Shown here one piece after another: positions 32,176 through 45,280 of a stretch of DNA of 64,000 bases; position 1 is the first letter of the stretch; each line of letters begins with the position of its first letter. The position numbers and the translations under genes are program-made. Origin of the DNA: Mobula hypostoma. Taxonomy: Eukaryota. The stretch lies in NCBI RefSeq assembly GCF_963921235.1, contig NC_086109.1:21950001-22014000 (forward strand), read 5' to 3'. Below the pieces are notes generated by a model that did not search any database, had not been told where the DNA came from, and saw nothing but the letters and a program-made list of their open reading frames with translations.

Positions 32176-34132
32176 CACAAGATAATGATAAATTGGTTCT
32201 GATTGTGAAGATTTGAAACACATTGATAATAGTCAAAGCAGTCTCATTGGTAACTTTCAGTAAGCAAGAGGTGTCTTGACAAAAATGAAAGCTGTGGAAC
32301 TATGGAGTAAAATCAAGAAAGGGAATCCTTGTTTAAGCAATGCCAAAGGTGGGCTGAATGGCCGTCCTTTCTGTCATGTATGATGAACAGATTTGTTCTT
32401 TTTGATCTTTAAGTTTTAGCAGTAGGTACCAAATTGCCTTTCTGTACCTGGAAGTTGTGTGAAAATGGCTGACTTGATTGTTTCTGGATTCTTTCTTTCA
32501 TATCTAACAGCAGAGTTTTCTAGTTGAAGTGGTTTGAAATTTCATTTTCTGTTTTTACCTCTCATTCTGTATGAAATCATTTTGTTCTTGTATAGTGAGT
32601 CATATCATATGAAGTATTTCATATTGTATGTATTATTAAAGTTCAAAGATCATGTGTAAACAATTGTTGCAACCAATTTGCATATTAAGGGAAGAAGATG
32701 AAAGGCTATTTACCTTTAAGTTAGTAGTATTGTCCTGGAATTATCAATAGCTTGTGTATGATTCCATTGTGTAGCAGTTGTAGAACAAAAGCTGGCTGCT
32801 CGGTGCAAACAGGCTATACAAACGGTTTATCTGCAACCCACTTGTTCCCTTCTATGCTATATACTCATCTAGTCTCCCCTCAAACAATTTAACGACTCCT
32901 GTTGGTAGCAAGTTGCACATTTCACTTTCCTTTGGATAAAATTCAGAATTCTCTGTTGGTTTCATGGTGACTGTCTTGTGTTGATGGCCTTCTTGTTTCA
33001 ATGTGTTATTATTTCCAGCAACAAGTTAAGCAGGGGGTAATTTCTGATGGAGAAATTCAAAGTATAGGCACTGAGCATAAACTGAAGGAAAACTGTACAT
33101 TAGAATATTGACTAGTTCAATGTACTCATTTTGTTTATTAACCCCTTTATTGCTGATGCTGCTGAGTCATAATACCCTGAGTTTCTTGGTTCAGATTTCT
33201 CATGAGTTAGCTGAAGCATAGCAGTTAGTTTTGGTATTTCTGGTTAGGTGGAAGTGGGTGTGAATACAATTAGTTTCTTGATGGTGCTAATCGTATCGAA
33301 TGATGCTTGCTGATACTCTGAAGGATGTTCAGCAGGCAGAGGTACTTGCAGGCTGACCAGTTTTTATTCAATTAAATCTGTTGGAGAAATTTATATTTTT
33401 GGAGGAGAATGTTAAATGTCTTGTGTGTTGAGTATTTGTCTTGATAAAGGATTTTTTTAAATTGGAGGCGAAGCTGATACATTTGTGGGTGTGTATGTTT
33501 TTTTTAGAAACCTCTTTTTCACTAACCAGAAATTGCCAAGGCCATTTGTAAAACCTCTGGTTTATGATTGGTTAACTTAATGTGGTGTAAAGATGGGACA
33601 ACTTTGATCTATATGCCACAGATTGTCATCGGAGTTACTCAGGCTTTTTAAAAAAAAATGCTTTCAATCAATTGTTTCACAGTCTTGGAATCTTCTAAGG
33701 TCCTTTGCAACCGATGAAATAATTTTGAAGGTATAGTCCCTGTTGTAAGGTGGTAAATCACATCAGACCATATATGCACCACAATCTATCATATTACCAT
33801 CGCATTAGCAGGCAATCCCATGGGATTGAGAATGGGGTGGAATGAGACTGCTGACAGATGGGCAGGAGGTACTGCTGCAACAGAAAGATGAATAGTTTGA
33901 GAGGTGATTCTCCTCTGCCATTTATGTAGAGCTTTTGTGTTCCTAACAAACAACCTTGTTTTTCAGTACTATCCCAAATACTACTTCACTTTCCACCAGG
34001 GACCTTGGGTACCTAGGAGTTGATGGAGATGTTGCAGTATTTGAAGGAAGTTTTGAGCAAATCCCTGAATCTTTTTCTCAGAACACCTGGCAATCTCCAT
34101 TATATATGAACCTAAATTAGTGTCTGTTTAAG

Positions 34133-35372
34133 CAGGGGTCCCCAACCTTTTTTGCACTGCGGACCGGTTTCAGATTGACAATATTCTTGCGGACCGGCCG
34201 ACTCGGCCGGGGTGGGGGGGGGTGCACGGGGAGGTAGGGTTGCCAACGGACAAGAGTAGAGGTAAATACGTTGTTTACACAGAGAGACTACAATGACCAT
34301 GAGGTCTTGCGCGGTAACCAGTGCATATGCGTGCCTTGCGCATGTGTGTACATGCTGATTTTTTTCTACAAATCGTTTTTGGTGATTCTGATGGGGGTTG
34401 GCGGGGTGGTGTTAATCACGACCGGAATATAGGTGATAAGTGGCTAATACACTCAATTTGGTTTCTAAAAAGGTTTATCTAAAGAATTTAATATTAAATA
34501 CACAGCACGTATGTTCCTCGCATGAATATAGCGATAAGTCAATTATCAGGGAAGGACAGGGGAGCTTGAAGTAAGTGTTGAACGAACATCCAGTAGAAGT
34601 GGTAGAGGCAGGTTCGATATTACTTAAAGAAAAATTGGATCGGTATATGGACAGGAAAGGAATGCAGGGTTATGGGCTGAGTGCAGGTCGGTGGAACTAG
34701 GTGAGAGTAGCGTTCGGCACGGACTAGAAGGGCAGAGATGGCCTGTTTCCGTGCTGTAATTGTTATATGGTTATGTAAGTAAGTCAATAGCATCATAACA
34801 TTTAAGTAACGTTTGGATGTTAAACACACAGCACATATTTTCCCCGTATGAACATATAAAACCATTGCAACATACCAATATCGCTGAATCAGTGGGCGCC
34901 CTGGGCTGAATGCTTGTTTCCCTGCAACAAGATGGTCCCATGGAGGGGTGATGGGAGACAGCAATACACGAAGGGGGTTCCTTATGTCCAGTCTATTACG
35001 CAATTTGGCTTTCGTTGCATTCATTGCAGAGATATGTTGGAAATGGAAGCAACGTTTTCAGTGCTTTCGTGGCTATCTCAGGATATTTAGCCTTGATTTT
35101 GAGATCCAGAATGCCGGCAGAGATGTTATGTCAAACATATTTTTCAGCTCGTCGTCATTTGCAAGCTCGAGGAGTTGATCATCTTCCCGCGCTGACATGA
35201 ATGATGCGGGAGTAATGACCTTGCATGCGTAATAGCTCAACAGTGGGCATGACAAGGAATGAGGAAAGGTGCAGCTGACTCCTATCACCAAATCATATCG
35301 TTTCCTCACGGCCCGGTAGCGCATGCTTTGCGGCCCGGTACCGGTCCGCGGCCCGGTGGTTGGGGACCGCTG
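34133..35372 (-). mobile_element. Non-autonomous hAT (Charlie/Buster-type) DNA transposon
   Basis: TIRs caggggtccccaacc and ggttggggaccgctg; perfect 8-bp TSD TGTTTAAG at 34125-34132 and 35373-35380; minus-strand transposase C-terminal remnants (EDDQLLELAND..LPAFWI; KLRNRLDIRNPLRVLLSPITP). Confidence 0.92.
34544..34779 (+). mobile_element. CR1 3' end inserted in the hAT element
   Basis: CR1 tail '...gagatggcctgtttccgtgctgtaattgttatatggttat' flanked by TAAGTCAAT at 34535-34543 and 34780-34788. Confidence 0.8.
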
Positions 35373-36169
35373 TGTTTAAGGGTGTTGAGGTTGGCATGTG
35401 AGTGATGTGACCTAGTCGATGGATCATTAATAGTATTGAGCTAACGATCTTTAATAGAATTGAGCTTTAGGCAGAAACATTGAAGTTTATTGTGGTACTT
35501 CTGGGGCCTAAATTGTTAAGACCATCACAGAAAACAACAATGGAATATTGTTTTCAAGCAGCTAAATTTAATTGCGTTCAATTGAAGGAAATAATTCTGG
35601 AAGAGGTAACTGTACAAGAGGGAGATGCTTGTGCTGATGCTGCAGATGCCTCTGACAATAAGGAAGATCTTTAACTCTCCTTAGGAAAATTCAGGAAGTA
35701 TAACACTGTTCCTGATTTCTAATGGCAGGATGGTTTAAGCAAGTCTTGCGTGTGGCTAGATCTTGCAACACAAAATCAGGTGGGAGAAAATATCAACTAC
35801 AAATGGTTTTAAAATGCACATCTAAAAATCTGGTGAAAAATTGATATTTGTATAAGGTTGATTTTGTTTTGTATCTAAAATTGTTTGATTTTTGATTGTC
35901 ACAAAAGTGCCCCGAAACTTAATTTTTCATGTACAATCTGAATTTTGTTTGTAAGTAAAGAGTTAAGAATTTCTTTGGTGTATAGATATCTTGTATTGCA
36001 TTTATAAAGTAATTATCTCATTTTTAGTGGGGGATAGCAAGGAATGTAATGGCACCTCTATTGAATTTCTTTTTGAAGTCATAACAAACTTAAGTAATGT
36101 CAGGCAACATGTGTTTGTGCTAAATAATGTCATATTTCATTGATGTTCTTAAGATTAGAAGACAATTGC

Positions 36170-36603
36170 TGAAAATGATGACCATATGCCACACTTAGAT
36201 TAAGGAACAACACCTTGTATTCCATTTGGGTAGCCTCCAACTTGATGGCATGAACATTGATTTCGCAAACTTACAGTAGTGCTTCCCCCTTCACTTATTT
36301 CCCATCCCCTTGTCCCTCTCTTGTGTTATCTCCTTGCCCGCCCATTGCCTCCCTCTGGTGCTCCTTCTCCCCCCCCCCCTTTTTTTCTTTCTTCCATGGC
36401 CTTCTGTCTCTTCCTAGCTCCTCTTCATCCCTCCCCCTCCAAGTTTCACATGCCGCCTGGCGCACCCTCCCCCACTTTTCAAGTCTACTCCTCAGCTTTT
36501 TTTCTCCAGTCCTGTCAAAGGGTTTCGGCCCAAAATGTTGACTGTACTTTTTTCCATAGATGCTGCCTGGCCTGCTGAGTTGCTCCAGCATTTTGGGTGT
36601 GCT
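36170..36603 (+). mobile_element. Penelope-like element 3' fragment
   Basis: EQHLVFHLGSLQLDGMNIDF, then a pyrimidine-rich UTR and terminal repeat with a decayed hammerhead. Confidence 0.85.
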
Positions 36604-37218
36604 GACCGTATGCATGGTGTAGCTTTCTCACATCCTCTTTTTGTAACATCCTGATGTTTTCAAACCGTATCTTGGTTAAACTTTTTCACTAATTTTCACC
36701 TCCATCATTCCAAAAATGTCTTAATATTCACATTTTGCCTTCCTGTCACTTTCAGGGTCACACATTGCACTCCCACTAACTGCATTATATTGACCAATTT
36801 GTAATGCAAGTTAAAATGTAGTAATTATCTGGAGCATCATGAGGGAAAAAGAACTGAACATTTCTAAAACTTCATAAACTTTTCATATTTGGTCCCTTTT
36901 GATTCATTTCCAGATTTATTTTGACTTTATGGGGGGCTATGGCCAAGGGTTGCAGAGAAAGTAAATAAGCTAGAGGGTCAGCCCTGATGTAATCTTGAGC
37001 GAGGTCCAACAGACATTAAGCCAACACAATTTATTTCAAAGACTTTAATATGATGCAATGTTCTGGGCTTGTCATTTTATACTGTTTAAATAGAATTTAA
37101 AACAGAACCATTACTTAGCCCAGTAGTGTTGTGCTCTTCATTAGTGCTTCCACAGCCTGATTCAATGCACACCATCAAAATGTTCTTTTTATATTCTTGT
37201 TTACATTTATATCTAGCT

Positions 37219-37285
37219 CTGGGATCCATGGACCCCCTCGGTTAACGGTAGGTGTCCATGGCTTAAAAAAGATTGGGAACCCCTG
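37219..37285. mobile_element. Tiny hAT MITE with the left TIR missing
   Basis: Right TIR ttgggaacccctg; 8-bp TSD ATCTAGCT at 37211-37218 and 37286-37293. Confidence 0.7.
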
Positions 37286-37609
37286 ATCTAGCTTATTTAG
37301 TGCATCAGAGCATATTCAGCTGAATTACAAATTCCACTTTCTATACAAGTTATTATGTTGCTATCTTTAAAAACCGTAGCGTTGGCCACCCGCACAATTG
37401 TAAATATATTCCCTGTATTTACCTGTATTGTGACCCTTGGAAAAAGGAGTCCTAGACTGTTAATAGTTGTACTGCGCTAGTTAATAATAGGACAAACAGA
37501 CATATGCACAGCGACCTTAAGAGTAGTCTAACCACAGTGTTATAGAAGTTAGCATAATGCCCTATTATTTTAATTCTGTCCTTCTAAGTTTGAACTTGGT
37601 CATCCTGTT

Positions 37610-38405
37610 TAAGATGGCACTGGTTGCAGCAAAGTAAACAGCTGAGTACTTATCAATCACATTTTTTCTGGTAAACGATCACTGCAAACAATAGCTTGTA
37701 ACTTTGCTGTCAGAGTTGAGATTTTGAACCGCCTGTATAACCTGTCATTTCTGCAGCGTGAACTGGAGTCTCGAGAAGGTGCAGGATGGTTGGGGCGTGG
37801 TGTGGACAGGCTGAATGGAGGCAGCGGGTCTGGGCTGGAACATGGGGAATGAGCCTATGTATGGCTATTGCTGGCAAGGCAGAGCCTGAATCCAAGAGTG
37901 AGGAAAGACCTAAGTTTTGATCGATTTGAATGTCGGGCTGAATTGGAACGGTAGAGTATGGGCCGAATCAACCCGAGAGCGTATTGAAGCAGCTGGGCCC
38001 GGTCAGAAGCAAGTAACGACCTTGCCCTTGGACGACTTAAGCGCTGGGCCAGATTAAAAAGATCAGGGTCTTGGGATCCGAGAGGAGGTTCGGGCCAGTT
38101 CAGCTCGCTGTTCCACAAGGTTTACTCATCTCTGTGCTGAACTGAGGCTGTGACCTGCAATAAGCAGGCTCCTGAATCTGCTACAGTGATGCCTGGCTTT
38201 GTATCTGTGACTCATTTTCTTGAGCTTCAGTTCTGAATACTACTTGCTTGCTTTTATTGTTTGCACAATTTTGTTTTTTTTGGTCTCTGCACACTGGATG
38301 TTTGGTCTTTTTTTAAAATGGATTCTATTGGGTTTCTTTGTATAAAGTATACATCTTTTGGTAATTAACTTTCTACTTTGATAATATTTAACTTTCAACT
38401 TTGAC
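37610..38405 (+). repeat. Unclassified interspersed repeat, with a related copy on the minus strand at about 52160-52912
   Basis: Shared segments in opposite orientation, e.g. 'ctgtgctgaactgaggctgtg' (38132) versus 'cacagcctcagttcagtgcag' (52430), and similar T-rich tails. Confidence 0.65.
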
Positions 38406-39149
38406 CTGATTTTAAAGTTGAAATACCCAAATTTGTCTGGCCTGTCTTCGTATTCCTAATGCCAGTGGTCAGCTTATCACTAATACCTAAAAGTGACCCT
38501 TATTTCTTAGTCAAACTATTACTCTGACAGAACTGGAAGCATAATCTGACTGTAGCATTAAAGTGTCTTTGTTGCCTTAATTGTTCTAATGCAATTTATT
38601 TCACAGAAATGCTGCTTTTTCCTATCTGGTTTACCTGCTGTCATTGGTGATATTATTTTACACACTATAGATTACTTTGGTCTATTCAGTACAAATATCT
38701 AGAAGCAGCATTGCTTGTAAGTGGGAGCTATGTCCATCATGTTCATCAAACCTTTATAGTTGGCAAGACAGAGTTCTTTTTTAGTTCATAAAGCTAAAAG
38801 GGAGTTGTCAGCCTTGTGCACTATTTAGTCTCTTAGTTGATGAGAATTCAAAAATGGCATTCCTTTTTATAAAAGAATTATTAAGTAGCATTCGATGACA
38901 TTTTTGGGCAGAATGCTTTGATTCAGTAAAAATATGATTTGTTTAAAATAGATCTGGCTAATTCGAAGGGAAGAATAGTTAATTAGTTTGATATGCAGGT
39001 AACTCTTGAGAATATGGTGTTTTTATTAATTCAGTAAAATCAATCCAAGAAATTTGGTATCATTTTATATGCTGCTAGTGTATGCAACAGTTGGAGTTTG
39101 TGTAGTGCTTTTATATAGCAGCAAATCCCTTAAATCTGTGTAATTTTCC

Positions 39150-39660
39150 TTCTGTCAACTCAGTTTCAGCATGCAAGCAATGAATTTACTGATGAACGTT
39201 TGCAATTTATTTCTCATCAGCTGATCACTTGTTTTTTTTTACGACAAGGTGTTGTCCATGAAGTGCAGTGATAGTAAATATGTTAGGTACAGCTTTTATC
39301 AAGAAAGTGATAACCCCTCGGTGGCATCCTGTCATTGATGGTGCTCCATCTGTTGCACAAGCAAGAATATTGGTAGGTGGAACGCTCTTCTCTTTGAAAA
39401 AATTGCTCAACAATCAGTTTGCAGTACATTATTTAATCAGAGCCAAAGCTTAGATGTGCATAGTGCCCATTCAAATGCACTGCTGTCCAGTACAGCGACA
39501 CCTAAAGGCATAATGCAAATCCTCTCATTTGTACCAATCAACCATATTTTTGTTGGACTGTATTGCTACTTGAGTTTCCAAAGTAGCAGAATGAAAATTT
39601 TGATATTTTTAAATTCATTAGACTTGCCTGCCCTTCCTTAGAATGTGTTTTCACCATACA
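39150..39660 (-). mobile_element. hAT/Charlie transposase fragment
   Basis: NILACATDGAPSMTGCHRGV; it is the reverse complement of the family at 46240-46470. Confidence 0.8.
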
Positions 39661-39844
39661 GCAAGTTAGAATATTGCATTCCTTTAGTTTCACTCATTCA
39701 TGCATCCCCTACTTCCTGCACTTCATCACAAATGGCCATGCTTTCAAATGCCTATTCCCTTGTCTCTAGGATTCCACCCATAAATATGTCATCTCCACCT
39801 TAAAGCATTTTAAGGCCAACCACACTAAGCAAACTCAGTGATTC

Positions 39845-42800
39845 CATAGAACCATAGAAACTACAACACAGAAACAGGCCCTTTGGCCCTTCTTGGCTGT
39901 GCCGAACCATTTTCTACCTAGTCCCACTGACCTGCACACGGACCATATCCCTCCATACACCTCCCATCCGTGTATCTGTCCAATTTATTCTCAAATGTTA
40001 AAAAAGAACCCACATTTACCACCTCGTCTGGCAGCTCATTCCATACTCCCACCACTCTCTGTGTGAAGAAGCTCCCCCTAATGTTCCCTTTAAACTTTTC
40101 CCCCCTCAGCCTTAACCCATGTCCTCTGGTTTTTTTCTCCCCTTGCCTCAGTGGAAAAAGCCTGCTTGCATTCACTCTATCTATACCCATCATAATTTTA
40201 TATACCTCTATGAAATCTCCCCTCATTCTTCTACGCTCCAGGGAATAAAGTCCTAACCTATTCAACCTTTCTCTGTAACTGAGTTTCTCAAGTCCCGGCA
40301 ACATCCTTGTAAACCTTCTCTGCACTCTTTCAACCTTATTTATATCCTTCCTGTAATTTGGTGACCAAAACTGAACACAATACTCCAGATTCGGCCTCAC
40401 CAATGCCTTATACAACCTCATCATAACATTCCAGCTCTTATACTCAATACTTTGATTAATAAAGGTCAGTGTACCAAAAGCTCTCTTTACGACCCTATCT
40501 ACCTGTGACGACACTTTTAGGGAATTTTGTATCTGTATTCCCAGATCCCTCTATTCCACTGCACTCCTCAGTGCCTTACCATTAACCCTGTATGTTCTAC
40601 GTTGGTTTGTCCTTCCAACGTGCAATACCTCACACTTGTCAGTATTAAACTCCAGCTGCCATTTTTCAGCCCATTTTTCCAGCTGGTACAAGTCCCTCTG
40701 CAGGCTCTGAATACCTTCCTCACTGTCTGCTACACCTCCAATCTTTGTATCATCAGCAAACTTGCTGATCCAATTTACCACATTATCATCCAGATCATTG
40801 ATATAGATGACAAATAACAATGGACCCAGCACTGATCCCTGTGGCACACCACTAGTCACAGGCCTCCACTCAGAGAAGCAATTCTCTACCACCACTCTCT
40901 GGCTTCTTCCATCAAGCCAATGTCTAATCCAATTTACCACCTCTCCATGTATACCTAGCGACTGAATTTTTCTAACTAACCTCCCATGCGGGACCTTGTC
41001 AAAGGCCTTACTGAAGTCCATGTAGACAATATCCACTGCCTTCCCTTCATCCACTTTCCTGGTAACCTCCTCGAAAAACTCCAACAGAGTGGTCAAACAT
41101 GACCTACCACGCACAAAGCCATGTTGACTCTCCCTAATAAGCCCCTGTCTATCCAAATGCTTGTAGATTCTGTCTCTTAGTACTCCCTCCAATAACTTAC
41201 CTACTACTGACATTAAACTCACCGGCCTATAATTTCCCGGATTACTTTTCGATCCTTTTTTAAACAATGGAACAACATGAGCCACTCTCCAATCTTCCGG
41301 CACTTCACCCGTAGACAGCGACATTTTAAATATTTCTGCCAGGACCCCCGCAATTTCAACACTAGTCTCCTTCAAGGTCCGAGGGAACACTCTGTCAGGT
41401 CCCGGGGATTTATCCACTTTAATTTTCCTCAAGACAGCAAGCACCTCCTCCTTTTCAATCTGTACAGTTTCCATGGTCTCACTACTTGATTCCCTCAATT
41501 CCATAAATTTCATGCCAGCTTCCTTAGTAAATACAGATGCAAAAAACCTATTTAAGATCTCCCCCATTTCCTTTGGTTCCGCACAAAGCCGACCACTCTG
41601 ATCTTCAAGAGGACCAATTTTATCCCTTACAATCCTTTTGCTCTTAATATACTTGTAAAAGCTCTTTGGATTATCCTTCACTTTGACTGCCAAGGCAACC
41701 TCATGTCTTCTTTTTGCCCTCCTGATTTCTTTCTTAAGTATTTTCTTGCACTTCTTATATTCCTCAAGCACCTGATTTACCCCCTGTTTCCTATACATTT
41801 CATACAACTCCCTCTTCTTCTTTATCAGAGTTGCAATATCCCTTGAGAACCAAGGTTCCTTATTCCTATTCAATTTGCCTTTAATCCTGACAGGAACATA
41901 CAAGCTCTGCACTCTCAAAATTGCCCCTTTGAAGGCTTCCCACCTACCAATCACACCTTTGTCAGAGAACAACCTGTCCCAATCCACGCTTTTTAGATCC
42001 TTTCTCATTTCTTCAAATTTGGCCTTCTTCCAGTTCAGAACCTCAACCCTAGGACCAGATCTATCCTTGTCCATGATCAAATTGAAACTAATGGTGTTAT
42101 GATCACTGGAACCAAAGTGCTCCCCTACACAGACTTCTGTCACTTGCCCTAATTCGTTTCCTAACAGGAGATCCAATATTGCATCCCCTCTAGTTGGTCC
42201 CTCTATATACTGATTTAGAAAACTTCCTTGAACACATTTTACAAACTCTAAACCATCTAGACCCCTAACAGTATGGGAGTCCCAATCAATGTATGGAAAA
42301 TTAAAATCCCCTACCACCACAACTTTGTTTCCTGCAGTTGCCTGCTATCTCTCTGCAGATTTGCTCTTCCAAGTCTCGTTGACTATTGGGTGGTCTGTAA
42401 TACAATCCCACTAATGTGGCCATACCTTTCCTGTTTCTCAGCTCCACCCATAAGGACTCAGTAGACAAGCCCTCTAATCTGTCCTGCCTGAGCACTGCTG
42501 TAATATTTTCCCTAACAAGCAATGCTACTCCCCCACCTTTCATTCCTCTGCCTCGATCACATCTGAAACATCGGAACCCTGGAATATTAAGCTGCCAGTC
42601 CTGCCCCTCCTGTAGCCAAGTTTCACTAATTGCTACAACATCATAATTCCACGTGTCAATCCACGCCCTCAACTCATCCGCCTTCCCCGCAATACTCCTA
42701 GCATTGAAATATATACACCTCAGAAGATTTTTACCACCACTCACAACCTTTCTATCAGCGGATTTGCTTAAACTTTCAATATCATTTGTTTTCACCCCAG

Positions 42801-42855
42801 CCACACTGTCAGCTCTAGCACTCTGGTTCCCATCCCCTTGCAAATCTTGTTTAAA
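39845..42855 (-). mobile_element. CR1 LINE with essentially complete ORF2 (one frameshift near 42320, one stop at 40551-40553)
   Basis: YFNARSI, ISETWL, GGGVAL, YYRPP, GDFN, SSDHN, SPGPD, YMDFSKAFDKV, QGSVLGP and FADD motifs. ORFs 40551-42320 and 39918-40514 share a frame. Tail catagaaccatagaa at 39845. Confidence 0.96.
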
Positions 42856-44029
42856 GCCTTTTATCTTATTTGACTATCAAAATTTTCTAGTCACGATTCT
42901 GTGAAGTGTCAGTTTTTAAACAATAAAAGGCATTGTGCAAGTACAGAATGTTTCATTTAGCACTATTCTTCTCAGAAAAGTTACATTATCATTCATCTTT
43001 GTATATAAAAATGCCTATATTATAAATAACCAGCTTTGCTAGTTTTCCTTATTCAGCAATTCAATACCATTTTTCTTCAGAATCAGTTTTGGTTTCAGCT
43101 GACCATTGGGAAGCACACGGTTCTCAACAATTAACAAGCATAGTGTTGTTTGCTTTTTCCCAAGCTTAATTTAATCCACACAAGCTTAATTTTTATGGGA
43201 AAAGGTTGCATAAACCAATATTGTGTTACTGGAATTTGGTCAGTTAAATGATGATCTGAGTCAAAGTGTTAAATGGAACTGAAATTATACAGTACTAACA
43301 ATTCGGTTATTTGTAATTCCTGGAGAAGTGTTAGGAAGTATTTCTACATTTGAAAAGTGCAATGGAAGTCTGGAGCTCTCTTGTGCAAATATAAAGTGAT
43401 ATTTGGTTGCAGGGAAATCAGTGGGGAAATGCAGTTGTTCAGAGACCCAGCATAGACTTGGGGGAAAAAATAGCCACCTTTTATTTTGTAAGGAAATATG
43501 GATTTATATATTCATTTGTTGGGGTCATGTTTATGATAAGCAGAAGTGCCAAGAATGACTGAAATTGGGTTTTTTAATGAATCATATCTAACTTTTCGTG
43601 GAAAACGCTCAAAAGAGCAAAATAGTCAAACTTAATAACGTAGAGTATTGTGCACATGGTTTAGTATAATCAAAGATCACCTAAATATGTAATTAGTTAC
43701 ATTACTAAATGCTGGGTCCTAGTTCTGGTAACAGAGTAATATTGGTTTACACCAAAACTGAGTGAGAATTTGAAATTAGTTTTTAAAATGTAGAGTTATA
43801 ACCACAAGTGTCAGATTTTCCTCTAGAGTAGGAAGTCACATTAACGTGCTCTGATAAGTTCCACGCTAACTTTGTCAGATCTTTACTACTTACTCTAATG
43901 GCCTAGCAAATGCCCTGTTGGGAATCTTTTGCAGCAATCTGTGAGTGATAAACATAAGGCTTGTGACTGAATTTTACTTGCATTTATGCATTTCAAAACA
44001 ATCACAAAGAATTGCAACTTCCATATCTA

Positions 44030-44228
44030 TTTAGATACAGCATGGTAACAGGCCCTTCCTGCCTAACAAACCTGTGTCATTCATGTGACCAGTTAACCTA
44101 CCAACCTATACATCTTTGGAATGTGAGAAGAAACTGCAATACCCAGAGGAAAGGCACGTAGTCATAGGGAGAACATGTGGAGGAAAATTAACCCCGGTCG
44201 CTGGCATTGTAAAGCAATATGCTAATGT
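44030..44228 (-). mobile_element. SINE with CR1-like tail, decayed
   Basis: Reverse complement resembles the SINE core at 58700-58770; tail 'gatacagcatggtaacaggcccttc'. Confidence 0.6.
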
Positions 44229-45280
44229 TCCTGACATAAATTTATTGGGGGTGATTGAACAGATTCTGAGAGGACTTTGTTTTACTGTTTAAATGCAAAA
44301 GGTAAAGAGGTCACTTCATACTGAACTACTCTTGATGTGGATTGACGTGCTTTATAATAGGTATGGTCCTAAGATCCCTTTGGACACTACTTGTCTAATA
44401 ACTGAAAGACAGTGTCTAAAACTAAAGCAGGCAGTGTCATTCGTTAAGTGAGTAGTTTACCAAACATGAAGTTTCTGAAAGAAAAGATGAATTTATAATA
44501 CCATAAACTCTTTGAGGCTTCCAGAACTGTCTGAGCAATGTTTGGTATTAACAAACTGTATCATGATGTGTAATGTAAATGTTGATACTTTGCATCTGAT
44601 AATCTGCATTTGATGCAAATGTTTCTTGGACCACATAGTAGTTTGAACTCCCTGAAATTATGACAGCTATCTGATGTATCAACAAAAGCTGACTGCATTG
44701 TTTTCTTTATATATAAAAATCTGCAGATTAGTTTGTGGTCCAGTAGTTGTAAATTTCCTTTATGTATACTGCTTTTTAGAATGCATTTTAAAAATAGAAG
44801 TTTAATATTGTATGGAGTCCAAAACATTTTTTTGGGGGGGGGGGGTAAATCAGCAAAAAAGTAGTTCAGTGTAGCATTTCTGTTCAACAAAGTTGGTCAT
44901 GTATGGGAATAATTGATCCCTGATTGAAGTGAATTTTCTTTCCTTTTGAGGAAAGGGGCAGCTACTTTATAGCATTGGCTTTCCAATTATGGTGGCAGCA
45001 GCAAGTTCTGCTTCACTGCCACCTCTGACCTCGCCATGTTCCCTTCAGTTGGCAAACTGCTGAAAATGCCAATGTTTTGTTACCTTTATTTCAAGGCATC
45101 TTTAGTTAACCTTTCTGTTCTAGCTTTGTAAATTTGAGGATATCAAATTCTCTGCCCATGTACTACTTGGAAACCAATTTTTCTATCATTTCTATGCTTT
45201 CTGACCTACATTGACTCATGATTAAGGCACATTCTGATTTGAAGGTTCTTGTCCTTGCTAAGTTCCTTGGTGGTTTAGAT

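Noticed and set aside
33162..33221. LSHNTLSF resembling LRIG exon 2 (DLSHNRLSF)
   Set aside because: There is no AG acceptor at the required position, the frame hits a stop, and the LRR pattern is not continued.
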